Program-made: the position numbers and the translations under genes | The notes under the pieces: model-generated | The model's database searches: none | Told to the model about the DNA's origin: nothing | The model's input: only the letters and a program-made list of their open reading frames with translations | Part shown: in pieces, positions 15,701 to 32,200 of the stretch | How positions within the stretch are numbered: position 1 is the stretch's first letter | How the letters are laid out: each line of letters begins with the position of its first letter | NCBI RefSeq assembly: GCF_009914755.1 | Contig: NC_060946.1 | Direction: 5' to 3' (one strand) | Length of the DNA: 64,000 nt | Origin: the human T2T-CHM13v2.0 reference genome, Homo sapiens

Positions 15701-18700
15701 GGTACATAAAATATGAAAGTACTTCAAATATAGATTATATACTGTACATAAAATATCAATGTACCCCAAATATATATTTTATACTCTACATGAAATATCA
15801 AAGTTCACAAACCATATATTATATACTGTACATAAAATATCAAAGTACCCAAGGTATATATTCTATACTGTACAAAAAATATCAAAGTACCCAAAGCATG
15901 TATTATATACTGTACATAAAATATGAAAGTACATCAAATGTATATTTTACTCTGTACATAAAATATCAAAGTACACCAGATATATATTCTATAGTGTACA
16001 TAAAATAACAAAGTACACAATCTATACATTATATACTGTACATAAAATACGAAATTACATCAAATATATATTATATTAGGTACATAAAATATGAAAGTAC
16101 ATCAAATATAGATTATATACTGTACATTAAGTACCAAAGTATCCCAAATATATATTTTATACTGTACATGAAATATCAAAGTTCACAAACTATATATTAT
16201 ATACTGTACATAAAATATCAAAGTACCCAAGGTATATATTCTATACTGTACAAAAAATATCAAAGTACCCAAAGCATGTATTATAAACTGTACATAAAAT
16301 ATGAAAGTACGTCAAATATATATTTTATTCTGTAGATAAAATATCAAAGTACACCAGATATATATTCCATAGTGTACATAAAATATCAAAGTACCCAAAC
16401 TATACATTATATACTATACATAAAATATGAAATTACATCAAATATATATTATATTAGGTTCATAAAATATGAAAGTACATCAAATATAGATTATATACTG
16501 TACATTAAATACCAAAGTACCCCAAATATATATTTTATACTGTACATGAAATATCAAAGGTCACAAACTATATATTATATACTGTACATAAAATATCAAA
16601 GTACCCAAGGTATATATTCTATACTGTAGAAAAAATATCAAAGTACCCAAAGCATGTATTATAAACTGTACATAAAATATGAAAGTACATCAAATATATA
16701 TTTTATTCTGTACATAAAATATCAAAGTACACCAGATATATATTCTATAGTGTACATAAAATATCAAAGTACCCAAACTATACATTATATACTGTACATA
16801 AAATATGAAATTACATCAAATATATATTATATTAGGTACATAAAATATGAAAGTACATCAAATATAGATTATATACTGTACATTAAATACCCAAGTACCC
16901 CAAATATATATTTTATACTGTACATGAAATATCAAATTTCACAAACTATATATTATATACTCTACATAAAATATCAAAGTACCCAAGGTATATATTCTAT
17001 ACTCTACAAAAAATATCAAAGTACCCAAAGCATGTATTATAAACTGTACATAAAATATGAATGTACATCAACTATATATTTTATTCTGTACATAAAATAT
17101 CAAAGTACACCAGATATATATTCTATAGTGTACATAAAATATCAAAGTACCCAAACTACACATTATATACTGTTCATAAAATATGAAATTACATCAAATA
17201 TATATTATATTAGGTACATAAAATATGAAAGTACATCAAATATAGATTATATACTGTACATAAAATATCAAAGTACCCCAAATATATATTATATACTCTA
17301 CAGGAAATATCAAAGTTCACACACTATATATTATATACTGTACATAAAATATCAAAATACCCAAGGTATATATTCTATACTGTAGAAAAAATATCAAAGT
17401 ACCCAAAGCATGTATTATATACTGTATGTAAAATATGAAAGTACATCAAATATATATTTTATTCTGTACATAAAATATCAAAGTACACCAGATATATATT
17501 CTATAGTGTACATAAAATAACAAAGTACACAAACTATAAATTATATACTGTACATAAAATATGAAATTACATCAAATATATATTAGGTACATAAAATATG
17601 AAAGTACATCAAATATAGATTATATACTGTTCATAAAATATCAAAGTACCCCAAATATATATTATATACTGTACATGAAATATCAAAGTTCACAAACTAT
17701 ATATTATATACTGTACATAAAATATCAAAGTACCCAAGGTATATATTCAATACTGTACAAAAAATAACAAAGTACTCAAAGCACGTATTATATACTGTAC
17801 ATAAAATATGAAAGTACATCAAATATATATTTTATTCTGTACATAAAATATCAAAGTACACCAGATATATATTCTATAGTGTACATAAAATATCAAAGTA
17901 CCCAAACTATACATTATATACTGTACATAAAATATGAAATTACATCAAATTTATATTAGGTACATAAAATATGAAAGTACATCAAATATAGATTATATAC
18001 TGTACATAAAATATCAATGTACCCCAAATATATATTTTATTCTCCACATGAAATATCAAAGTTCACAAACCATATATTATATACTGTACATAAAATATCA
18101 AAGTACCAAAGGTATATATTCTATACTGCACAAAAAATATCAAAGTACCCAAAACATGTATTATATACTGTATAAAAATATGAAAGTACATCAAATATAT
18201 ATTTTATTCTGTACATAAAATATCAAAGTACACCGGATATATATTCTATAGTGTACATAAAATAACAAAGTACACAAAGTATAAATTATATACTGTACAT
18301 AAAATATGAAATTACATCAAATATATTTTAGGTACATAAAATATGAAAGTACATCAAATATAGATTATATACTGTACATATAATATCAATGTACCCCAAA
18401 TATATATTTTGTACTCTACATGAAATATCAAAGTTCACAAACCATATATTATATACTGTACATAAAATATCAAAGTACCCAAGGTATATATTCTATACTG
18501 TACAAAAAATATCAAAGTACCCAAAGCATGTATTATATACTGTACATAAAATATGAAAGTACATCAAATATATATTTTATTCTGTACATAATATATCAAA
18601 GTACACCAGATATATATTCTATAGTGTACATAAAATATCAAAGTACCCAAACTATACATTATATACTGTACATAAAAAATGAAATTACATCAAATATATA

Positions 18701-21700
18701 TTATATTAGGTACATAAAATATGAAAGTACATCAAATATAGATTATATACTGTACATAAAATATCAAAGTACCCAAATATATATTACATACTCTACATGA
18801 AATATCAAAGTTCACAAACTATATAATATATACTGTACATAAAATATCAAAGTACCCAAGGTATATATTCTATACTGTACAAAAAATATCAAAGTACCCA
18901 AAGCATGTATTATAAACTGTACATAAAATATGAAAGTACGTCAAATATATATTTTATTCTGTACATAAAATATCAAAGTACACCAGATATATATTCTATA
19001 GTGTACATAAAATATCAAAGTACCCAAATTATACATTATATACTTTACATAAAATATGAAATTTCATCAAATATATATTATATTAGGTACATAAAATATG
19101 AAAGTACATCAAATATAGATTATATACTGTACATTAAATACCAAAGTACCCCAAATATATATTATATACTCTACATGAAATATCAAAGTTCACACACTAT
19201 ATATTATATACTGTACATAAAATATCAAAGTACCCAAGGTATATATTCTATACTGTACAAAAAATATCAAAGTACCCAAAGCATGTATTATATACTGTAT
19301 ACAAAATATGAAAGTACATCAAATGTATATTTTATTCTGTACATAAAATATCAAAGTACACCAGATATATATTCTATAGTGTACATAAAATAACAAAGTA
19401 CACAAACTATAAATTATATACTGTACATAAAATATGAAATTACATCAAATATATATTAGGTACCTAAAATATGAAAGTACATCAAATATAGATTATATAC
19501 TGTACATTAAATATCAATGTACCCCAAATATATATTTTATACTCGATATGAAATATCAAAGTTCACAAACCATATATTATATACTGTACATAAAATATCA
19601 AAGTACCCAAGGTATATATTCTATACTGTACAAAAAATATCAAAGTACCCAAAGCATGTATTATATACTGTACATAAAATATGAAAGTACATCAAATATA
19701 TATTTTATTCTGTACATAAAATATCAAAGTACACCAGATATATATTCTATAGTGTACATAAAATATCAAAGTACCCAAACTATACATTATATACTGTACA
19801 TAAAATATGAAATTACATCAAATATATATTATATTAGGTACATAAAATATGAAAGTACATCAAATATAGATTATATACTGTACATTAAATACCAAAGTAC
19901 CCCAAATATATATTTTATACTGTACATGAAATATCAAAGTTCACAAACTATATATTATATACTGTACATAAAATATCAAAGTACCCAAGGTATATATTCT
20001 ATACTGTACAAAAAATATCAAAGTACCCAAAGCATGTATTATAAACTGTACATAAAATATGAAAGTACATCAAATATATATTTTATTCTGTACATAAAAT
20101 ATCAAAGTACACCAGATATATATTCTATAGTGTACATAAAATATCAAAGTACCCAAACTATACATTATATACTGTACATAAATTATGAAATTACATCAAA
20201 TATATATTATATTAGGTACATAAAATATGAAAGTACATCAAATATAGATTATATACTGTACATAAAATATCAAAGTACCCAAATATATATTATATACTCT
20301 ACATGAAATATCAAAGATCACAAACTATATATTATATACTGTACATAAAATATCAAAGTACCCAAGCTATATATTCTATACTGCACAAAAAATATCAAAG
20401 TACCCAAAGCATGTATTATATACTGTATATAAAATATGAAAGTACATCAAATATACATTTTATTCTGTACATAAAATATCAAAGTACACCAGATATATAT
20501 TCTATAGTGTACATAAAATAACAAAGTACACAAACTATAAATTATATACTGTACATAAAATATGAAATTACATCAAATATATATTAGGTACATAAAATAT
20601 GAAAGTACATCAAATATAGATTATATACTGTACATAAAATATCAAAGTACCCCAAAAATATATTTTATACAACACATGAAATATCAAAGTTCACAAACCA
20701 TATATTATACACTGTACATAAAATATCAAAGTACCCAAGGTATATATTCTATACTGCACAAAAAATATCAAAGTACCCAAAACATGTATTATATACTGTA
20801 TATAAAATATGAAAGTACATCAAATATATATTTTATTCTGTACATAAAATATCAAAGTACACCAGATATATATTCTATAGTGTACATAATATAACAAAGT
20901 ACACAAACTATAAATTATATACTGTACAAAAAATATAAAATTACATCAAATATATATTAGGTACATAAAATATGAAAGTACATGAAATATAGATTATATA
21001 CTGTACATATAATATCAATGTACCCCAAATATATATTTTGTACTCTACATGAAATATCAAAGTTCACAAACCATATATTATATACTGTACATAAAATATC
21101 AAAGTACCCAAGGTATATATTCTATACTGTAGAAAAAATATCAAAGTACCCAAAACCTGTATTATAAACTGTACATAAAATATGAAAGTACATCAACTAT
21201 ATATTTTATTCTGTACATAAAATATCAAAGTACACCAGATATATATTCTATAGTGTACATAAAATATCAAAGTACCCAAACTATACATTATATACTGTAC
21301 ATAAAATATGAAATTACATCAAATATATATTATATTAGGTACATAAAATATGAAAGTACATCAAATATAGATTATATACTGTACATTAAATACCCAAGTA
21401 CCCCAAATATATATTTTATACTATACATGAAATATCAAAGTTCACAAACTATATATTATATACTGTACATAAAATATCAAAGTACCCAAGGTATATATTC
21501 TATACTGTACAAAAAATATCAAAGTACCCAAAGCATGTATTATAAACTGTACCTAAAATATGAAATTACATCAAATATATATTTTATTCTGTACATAAAA
21601 TATCAAAGTACACCAGATATATATTCTATAGTGTACATAAAATATCAAAGTACCCAAACTATACATAATATACTGTACATAGAATATGAAATTACATCAA

Positions 21701-24700
21701 ATATATATTATATTAGGTACATAAAATATGAAAGTACATCAAATATAGAATATATACTGTACATAAAATATCAAAGTACCCCAAATATATATTATATACT
21801 CTACAGGAAATATCAAAGTTCACACACTATATATTATATACTGTACATAAAATATCAAAATACCCAAGGTATATATTCTATACTGTACAAAAAATATCAA
21901 AGTACCCAAAGCATGTATTATATACTGTATGTAAAATATGAAAGTACATCAAATATATATTTTATTCTGTACATAAAATATCAATGTACACCAGATATAT
22001 ATTCTATAGTGTACATAAAATAACAAAGTACACAAACTATAAATTATATACTGTACATAAAATATGAAATTACATCAAATATATATTAGGTACATAAAAT
22101 ATGAAAGTACTTCAAATATAGATTATATACTGTACATAAAATATCAATGTACTCCAAATATATATTTTATACTCTACATGAAATATCAAAGTTCACAAAC
22201 CATATATTATATACTGTACATAAAATATCAAAGTACCCAAGGTATATATTCTATACTGTACAAAAAATATCAAAGTACCCAAAGCATGTATTATATACTG
22301 TACATAAAATATGAAAGTACACCAAATATATATTTTATTCTGTACATAAAATATCAAAGTACACCAGATATATATTCTATAGTGTACATAAAATATCAAA
22401 GTACCCAAACTATACATTATATACTGTACATAAAATATGAAATTACATCAAATATATATTAGGTACATAAAATATGAAAGTACATCAAATATAGATTATA
22501 TACTGTACATAAAATATCAATGTACAACAAATATATATTTTATACTCTACATGAAATATCAAAGTTCATAAACTATATATTATATAATGTACATAAAATA
22601 TCAAAGTACCCAAGGTATATATTGTATACTGTACAAAAAATATCAAAGTACCCAAAGCATGTATTATATACTGTACATAAAATATGAAAGTACATCAAAT
22701 GTATATTTTACTCTGTACATAAAATATCAAAGTACACCAGATATATATTCTATAGTGTACATAAAATATCAAATTACCCAAACTATACATTATATACTGT
22801 ACATAAAATATGAAATTACATCAAATATATATTATATTAGGTACATAAAATATGAAAGTACATCAAATATAGATTATATACTGTACATAAAATATCAAAG
22901 TACCCCAAATATATATTATATACTGTATATGAAATATCAAAGTTCAGAAACTATATATTATATACTGTACATAAAATATCAAAGTACCCAAGGTATATAT
23001 TCTATACTGTACAAAAAATATCAAAGTACCCAAAGCATGTATTATATGCTGTACATAAAATATGAAAGTACATGAAATATATATTTTATTCTATACATAA
23101 AATATCAAAGTACACCAGATATATATTCTATAGTGTACATAAAATATCAAAGAACCCAAACTATACATTATATACTGTACATAAAATATGAAATTACATC
23201 AAATATATAGTATATTAGGTACATAAAATATGAAAGTACATCAAATATAGATTATATACTGTACATTAAATACCAAAGTACCCCAAATCTATATTTTATA
23301 CTGTACATGAAATATCAAAGTTCACAATCTATATATTATATACTGTACATATAATATCAAAGTACCCAAGGTATATATTCTATACTGTACAAAAAATAAC
23401 AAAGTACCAAAAGCATGTATTATATACTGTACCTAAAATATGAAAGTACATCATATATATATTTTATTCTGTACATAAAATATCAAAGTACACCAGATGT
23501 ATATTCTATAGTGTACATAAAATATCAAAGTACCCAAACTATACATAATATACTGTACATAAAATATGAAATTACATCAAATATATATTATATTAGGTAC
23601 ATAAAATATGAAAGTACATCAAATATAGATTATATACTGTACATAAAATATCAAAGTACCCCAAATATATATTCTATACTCTACAGGAAATATCAAAGTT
23701 CACACACTATATATTATATACTGTACATAAAATATCAAAAAACCCAAGGTATATATTCTATACTGTACAAAAAATATCAAAGTACCCAAAGAATGTATTA
23801 TATACTGTATGTAAAATATGAAAGTACATCAAATATATATTTTATTCTGTACATAAAATATCAAACTACACCAGATATATATTCTATAGTGTACATAAAA
23901 TAACAAAGTACACAAACTATAAATTATATACTGTACATAAAATATGAAATTACATCAAATATATATTAGGTACATAAAATATGAAAGTACATCAAATATA
24001 GATTATATACTGTACATAAAATATCAAAGTACCCCAAATATATATTATATACTGTACATGAAATATCAAAGTTCACAAACTATATATTATATACTGTACA
24101 TAAAATATCAAAGTACCCAAGGTATATATTCTATACTGTACAAAAAATATCAAAGTACTCAAAGCACGTATTATATACTGTACATAAAATATGAAAGTAC
24201 ATCAAATATATATTTTATTCTGTACATAAAATATCAAAGTACACCAGATATATATTCTATAGTGTACATAAAATATCAAAGTACCCAAACTATACATTAT
24301 ATACTGTACACAAAATATGAAATTACATCAAATTTATATTAGGTACATAAAATATGAAAGTACATCAAATATAGATTATATACTGTACATAAAATATCAA
24401 AGTACCCCAAATATATATTATATACTGTATATGATATATCAAAGTTCACAAACTATATATTATATAATGTACATAAAATATCAAAGTACCCAAGGTATAT
24501 ATTCTATACTGTACAAAAAATATCAAAGTACCCAAAGCATGTATTATATACTGTACATAAAATATGAAAGTACATCAAATATGTATTTTATCCTGTACAT
24601 AAAATATCAAAGTACACCAGATATATATTCTATAGTGTACATAAAATATCAAAGTACCCAAACTATACATTATATACTGTACATAAAATATGAAATTACA

Positions 24701-27700
24701 TCAAATATATATTATATTAGGTACATAAAATATGAAAGTACATCAAATATAGATTATATACTGTACATTAAATACCCAAGTACCCCAAATATATATTTTA
24801 TACTGTACATGAAATATCAAATTTCACAAACTATATATTATATACTGTACATAAAATATCAAAGTACCCAAGGTATATATTCTATACTGTACAAAAAATA
24901 TCAAAGTACCCAAAGCACGTATTATATACTGTACATAAAATATGAAAGTACATCAAATATATATTTTATTCTGTACATAAAATATCAAAGTACACCAGAT
25001 ATATATTCTATAGTGTACATAAAATATCAAAGTACCCAAACTATACATTATATACTGTACATAAAATATGAAATTACATCAAATTTATATTAGGTACATA
25101 AAATATGAAAGTACATCAAATATAGATTATATACTGTACATAAAATATCAAAGTACCCCAAATATATATTATATACTGTATATGAAATATCAAAGTTCAC
25201 AAACTATATATTATATACTGTACATAAAATATCAAAGTACCCAAAGTATATATTCTATACTGTACAAAAAATATCAAAGTACCCAAAGCATGTATTATAT
25301 ACTGTACATAAAATATGAAAGTACATCAAATATATATTTTATTCTGTACATAAAATATCAAAGTACACCAGATATATATTCTATAGTGTATATAAAATAT
25401 CAAAGAACCCAAACTATACATTATATACTGTACATAAAATATGAAATTACATCAAATATATATTATATTAGGTACATAAAATATGAAAGTACATCAAATA
25501 TAGATTATATACTGTACATTAAATACCAAAGTACCCCAAATCTATATTTTATACTGTACATGAAATATCAAAGTTCACAAACTATATATTATATACTGTA
25601 CATATAATACCAAAGTACCCAAGGTATATATTCTATACTGTACAAAAAATAACAAAGTACCAAAAGCATGTATTATATACTGTACCTAAAATATGAAAGT
25701 ACATCAAATATATATTTTATTCTGTACATAAAATATCAAAGTACACCAGATATATATTCTATAGTGTACATAAAATATCAAAGTACCCAAACTATACATT
25801 ATATACTGTACATAAAATATGAAATTACATCAAATATATATTATATTAGGTACATAAAATATGAAAGTACATCAAATATAGATTATATACTGTACATAAA
25901 ATATCAAAGTACCCCAAATATATATTATATACTCTACAGGAAATATCAAAGTTCACACACTATATATTATATACTGTACATAAAATATCAAAATACCCAA
26001 GGTATATATTCTATACTGTACAAAAAATATCAAAGTACCCAAAGCATGTATTATATACTGTATGTAAAATATGAAAGTACATCAAATATATATTTTATTC
26101 TGTACATAAAATATCAAAGTACACCAGATATATATTCTATAGTGTACATAAAATAACAAAGTACACAAACTATAAATTATATACTGTACATAAAATATGA
26201 AATTACATCAAATATATATTAGGTACATAAAATATGAAAGTACATCAAATATAGATTATATACTGTACATTAAATACCAAAGTACCCCAAATCTATATTT
26301 TATACTGTACATGAAATATCAAAGTTCACAAACTATATATTATATACTGTACATAAAATATCAAAGTACCCAAGGTATATATTCTATACTGTACAAAAAA
26401 TATCAAAGTACCCAAAGCATGTATTATAAACTGTACATAAAATATGAAAGTACATCAAATATATATTTTATTCTGTACATAAAATATCAAATTACACCAG
26501 ATATATATTCCATAGTGTACATAAAATATCAAAGTACCCAAACTATACATTATATAGTGTACATAAAATATGAAATTACATCAAATATATATTATATTAG
26601 GTTCATAAAATGTGAAAGTACATCAAATATAGATTATATACTGTACATTAAATACCAAAGTACCCCAAATATATATTTTATACTGTACATGAAATATCAA
26701 AGTTCACAAACTATATATTATATACTGTACATAAAATATCAAAGTACCCAAGATATATATTCTATACTGTACAAAAAATATCAAAGTACCCAAAGCATGT
26801 ATTATAAATTGTACATAAAATATGAAAGTACATCAAATATATATTTTATTCTGTACATAAAATATCAAAGTACACCAGATATATATTCTATAGTGTACAT
26901 AAAATATCAAAGTACCCAAACTGTACATTATATACTGTACATAAAATATGAAATTACATCAAATATATATTATATTAGGTACATAAAATATGAAAGTACA
27001 TCAAATATAGATTATATACTGTACATTAAATACCCAAGTACCCCAAATATATATTTTATACTGTACATGAAATATCAAATTTCACAAACTATATATTATA
27101 TACTGTACATAAAATATCAAAGTACCCAAGGTATATATTCTATACTGTACAAAAAATATCAAAGTACCCAAAGCACGTATTATATACTGTACATAAAATA
27201 TGAAAGTACATCAAATATATATTTTATTCTGTACATAAAATATCAAAGTACACCAGATATATATTCTATAGTGTACATAAAATATCAAAGTACCCAAACT
27301 ATACATTATATACTGTAAATAAAATATGAAATTACATCAAATTTATATTAGGTACATAAAATATGAAAGTACATCAAATATAGATTATATACTGTACATA
27401 AAATATCAAAGTACCCCAAATATATATTATATACTGTATATGAAATATCAAAGTTCACAAACTATATATTATATACTGTACATAAAATATCAAAGTACCC
27501 AATGTATATATTCTATACTGTACAAAAAATATCAAAGTACCCAAAGCATGTATTATATACTGTACATAAAATATGAAAGTACATCAAATATATATTTTAT
27601 TCTGTACATAAAATATCAAAGTACACCAGATATATATTCTATAGTGTACATAAAATATCAAAGAACCCAAACTATACATTATATACTGTACATAAAATAT

Positions 27701-29279
27701 GAAATTACATCAAATATATATTATATTAGGTACATAAAATATGAAAGTACATCAAATATAGATTATATACTGTACATAAAATATCAATGTACAACAAATA
27801 TATATTTTATACTCTACATGAAATATCAAAGTTCACAAACTATATATTATATAATGTACATAAAATATCAAAGTACCCAAGGTATATATTGTATACTGTA
27901 CAAAAAATATCAAAGTACCCAAAGCATGTATTATATACTGCACATAAAATATGAAAGTACATCAAATATATATTTTATTCTGTACATAAAATATCAAAGT
28001 ACACCAGATATATATTCTATAGTGTACATAAAATATCAAAGTACCCAAACTATACATTATATACTGTACATAAAATATGAAATTACATCAAATATATATT
28101 ATATTAGGTACATAAAATATGAAAGTATATCAAATATAGATTATATACTGTATATTAAACACCAAAGTATCCCAAATATATATTTTATACTGTACATGAA
28201 ATATCAAAGTTCACAAACTATATATTATATACTGTACATAAAATATCAAAGTACCCAAGGTATATATTCTATACTGTACAAAAAATATCAAAGTACCCAA
28301 AGCATGTATTATAAACTGTACATAAAATATGAAAGTACATCAAATATATATTTTATTCTCTACATAAAATATCAAAGTACACCAGATATATATTCCATAG
28401 TGTACATAAAATATCAAAGTACCCAAACTATACATTATATACTGTACACAAAATATGAAATTACATCAAATATATATTATATTAGGTTCATAAAATATGA
28501 AAGTACATCAAATATAGTTTATATACTGTACATTAAATACCAAAGTACCCCAAATATATATTTTATACTGTACATGAAATATCAAAGTTCACAAACTATA
28601 TATTATATACTGTACACAAAATATCAAAGTACCCAAGGTATATATTCTATACTGTACAAAAAATATCAAAGTACCCAAAGCATGTATTATAAACTGTACA
28701 TAAAATATGAAAGTACATCAAATATATATTTTATTCTGTACTTAAAATATCAAAGTACACCAGATATATATTCTATAGTGTACATAAAATATCAAAGTAC
28801 CCAAACTATACATTATATACTTTACATAAAATATGAAATTACATCAAATATATATTATATTAGGTACATAAAATATGAAAGTACATCAAATATAGATTAT
28901 ATACTGTACATTAAATACCCAAGTACCCCAAATATATATTTTATACTGTACATGAAATATCAAATTTCACAAACTATATATTATATACTGTACATAAAAT
29001 ATCAAAGTACCCAAGGTATATATTCTATACTGTACAAAAAATATCAAAGTACCCAAAGCATGTTTTATAAACTGTACATAAAATATGAAAGTACATCAAC
29101 TATATATTTTATTCTGTACATAAAATATCAAAGTACACCAGATATATATTCTATAGTGTACATAAAATATCAAAGAACCCAAACTATACATTATATACTG
29201 TACATAAAATATGAAATTACATCAAATATATATTATATTAGGTACATAAAATATGAAAGTACATCAAATATAGATTATA

Positions 29280-32200
29280 TACTGTACATTAAATACCAAA
29301 GTACCCCAAATCTATATTTTATACTGTACATGAAATATCAAAGTCCACAAACTATATATTATATACTGTACATATAATATCAAAGTACCCAAGGTATATA
29401 TTCTATACTGTACAAAAAATAACAAAGTACCAAAAGCATGTATTATATACTGTACCTAAAATATGAAAGTACATCAAATATATATTTTATTCTGTACAAA
29501 AAATATCAAAGTACACCAGATATATATTCTATAGTGTACATAAAATATCAAAGTACCCAAACTATACATTATATACTGTACATAAAATATGAAATTACAT
29601 CAAATATATATTATATTAGGTACATAAAATATGAAAGTACATCAAATATAGATTATATACTGTACATAAAATATCAAAGTACCCCAAATATATATTATAT
29701 ACTCTACAGGAAATATCAAAGTTCACACACTATATATTATATACTGTACATAAAATATCAAAATACCCAAGGTATATATTCTATACTGTACAAAAAATAT
29801 CAAAGTACCCAAAGCATGTATTATATACTGTATGTAAAATATGAAAGTACATCAAATATATATTTTATTCTGTACATAAAATATCAAAGTACACCAGATA
29901 CATATTCTATAGTGTACATAAAATAACAAAGTACACATACTATAAATTATATACTGTACATAAAATATGAAATTACATCAAATATATATTAGGTACATAA
30001 AATATGAAAGTACATCAAATATAGATTATATACTGTACATAAAATATCAATGTACCCCAAATATATATTTTATACTCTACATGAAATATCAAAGTTCACA
30101 AACCATATATTATATACTGTACATAAAATATCAAAGTACCCAAGGTATATATTCTATACTGTACAAAAAATATCAAAGTACCCAAAGCATGTATTATATA
30201 CTGTACATAAAATATGAAAGTACACCAAATATATATTTTATTCTGTACATAAAATATCAAAGTACAACAGATATATATTCTATAGTGTACATAAAATATC
30301 AAAGTACCCAAACTATACAATATATACTGTACATAAAATATGAAATTACATCAAATATATATTAGGTACATAAAATATGAAAGTACATCAAATATAGATT
30401 ATATACTGTACATACAATATCAATGTACAACAAATATATATTGTATACTCTACATGAAATATCAAAGTTCAGAAACTATATATTATATAATGTACATAAA
30501 ATATCAAAGTACCCAAGGTATATATTCTATACTGTACAAAAAATATCAAAGTACCCAAAGCATGTATTATATACTGTACATAAAATATGAAAGTACATCA
30601 AATATGTATTTTATCCTGTACATAAAATATCAAAGTACACCAGATATATATTCTATAGTGTACATAAAATATCAAAGTACCCAAACTATACATTATATAC
30701 TGTACATAAAATATGAAATTACATCAAATATATATTATATTAGGTACATAAAATATGAAAGTACATCAAATATAGATTATATACTGTACATTAAATACCC
30801 AAGTACCCCAAATATATATTTTATACTGTACATGAAATATCAAATTTCACAAACTATATATTATATACTGTACATAAAATATCAAAGTACCCAAGGTATA
30901 TATTCTATACTGTACAAAAAATATCAAAGTACCCAAAGCACGTATTATATACTGTACATAAAATATGAAAGTACATCAAATATATATTTTATTCTGTACA
31001 TAAAATATCAAAGTACACCGGATATATATTCTATAGTGTACATAAAATATCAAAGTACCCAAACTATACATTATATACTGTACATAAAAAATGAAATTAC
31101 ATCAAATTTATATTAGGTACATAAAATATGAAAGTACATCAAATATAGATTATATACTGTACATAAAATATCAAAGTACCCCAAATATATATTATATACT
31201 GTATATGAAATATCAAAGTTCACAAACTATATATTATATACTGTACATAAAATATCAAAGTACCCAATGTATATATTCTATACTGTACAAAAAATATCAA
31301 AGTACCAAAAGCATGTATTATATACTGTACCTAAAATATGAAAGTACATCAAATATATATTTTATTCTGTACATAAAATATCAAAGTACACCAGATATAT
31401 ATTCTAGAGTGTTCATAAAATATCAAAGTACCCAAACTATACATTATATACTGTACATAAAATATGAAATTACATCAAATATATATTATATTAGGTACAT
31501 AAAATATGAAAGTACATCAAATATAGATTATATACTGTACATAAAATATCAAAGTACCCCAAATATATATTTTATACTCTACATGAAATATCAAAGTTCA
31601 CAAACCATATATTATATACTGTACATAAAATATCAAAGTACCCAAGGTATATATTCTATACTGTACAAAAAATATCAAAGTACCCAAAGCATGTATTATA
31701 TACTGTACATAAAATATGAAAGTACATCAAATATATATTTTATTCTGTACATAAAATATCAAAGTACACCAGATATATATTCTATAGTGTACATAAAATA
31801 TCAAAGTACCCAAACTATACATTATATACTGTACATAAAATATGAAATTACATCAAATATATACTAGATACATAAAATATGAAAGTACATCAAATATAGA
31901 TTATATACTGTACATAAAATATCAATGTACAACAAATATGTATTTTATACTCTACATGAAATATCAAAGTTCACAAACTATATATTATATAATGTACATA
32001 AAATATCAAAGTACCCAAGGTATATATTGTATACTGTACAAAAAATATCAAAGTACCCAAAGCATGTATTATATACTGTACATAAAATATGAAAGTACAT
32101 CAAATATATATTTTATTCTGTACATAAAATATCAAAGTACACCAGATATATATTCTATAGTGTACATAAAATATCAAAGTACCCAAACTATACATTATAT

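Noticed and set aside
18170-20285. Isolated 1-bp deletions (~18175, ~18772, ~20279) as programmed frameshifts
   Set aside because: They lie in or beside homopolymer or TA runs, consistent with slippage or consensus error, and there is no real CDS to shift.
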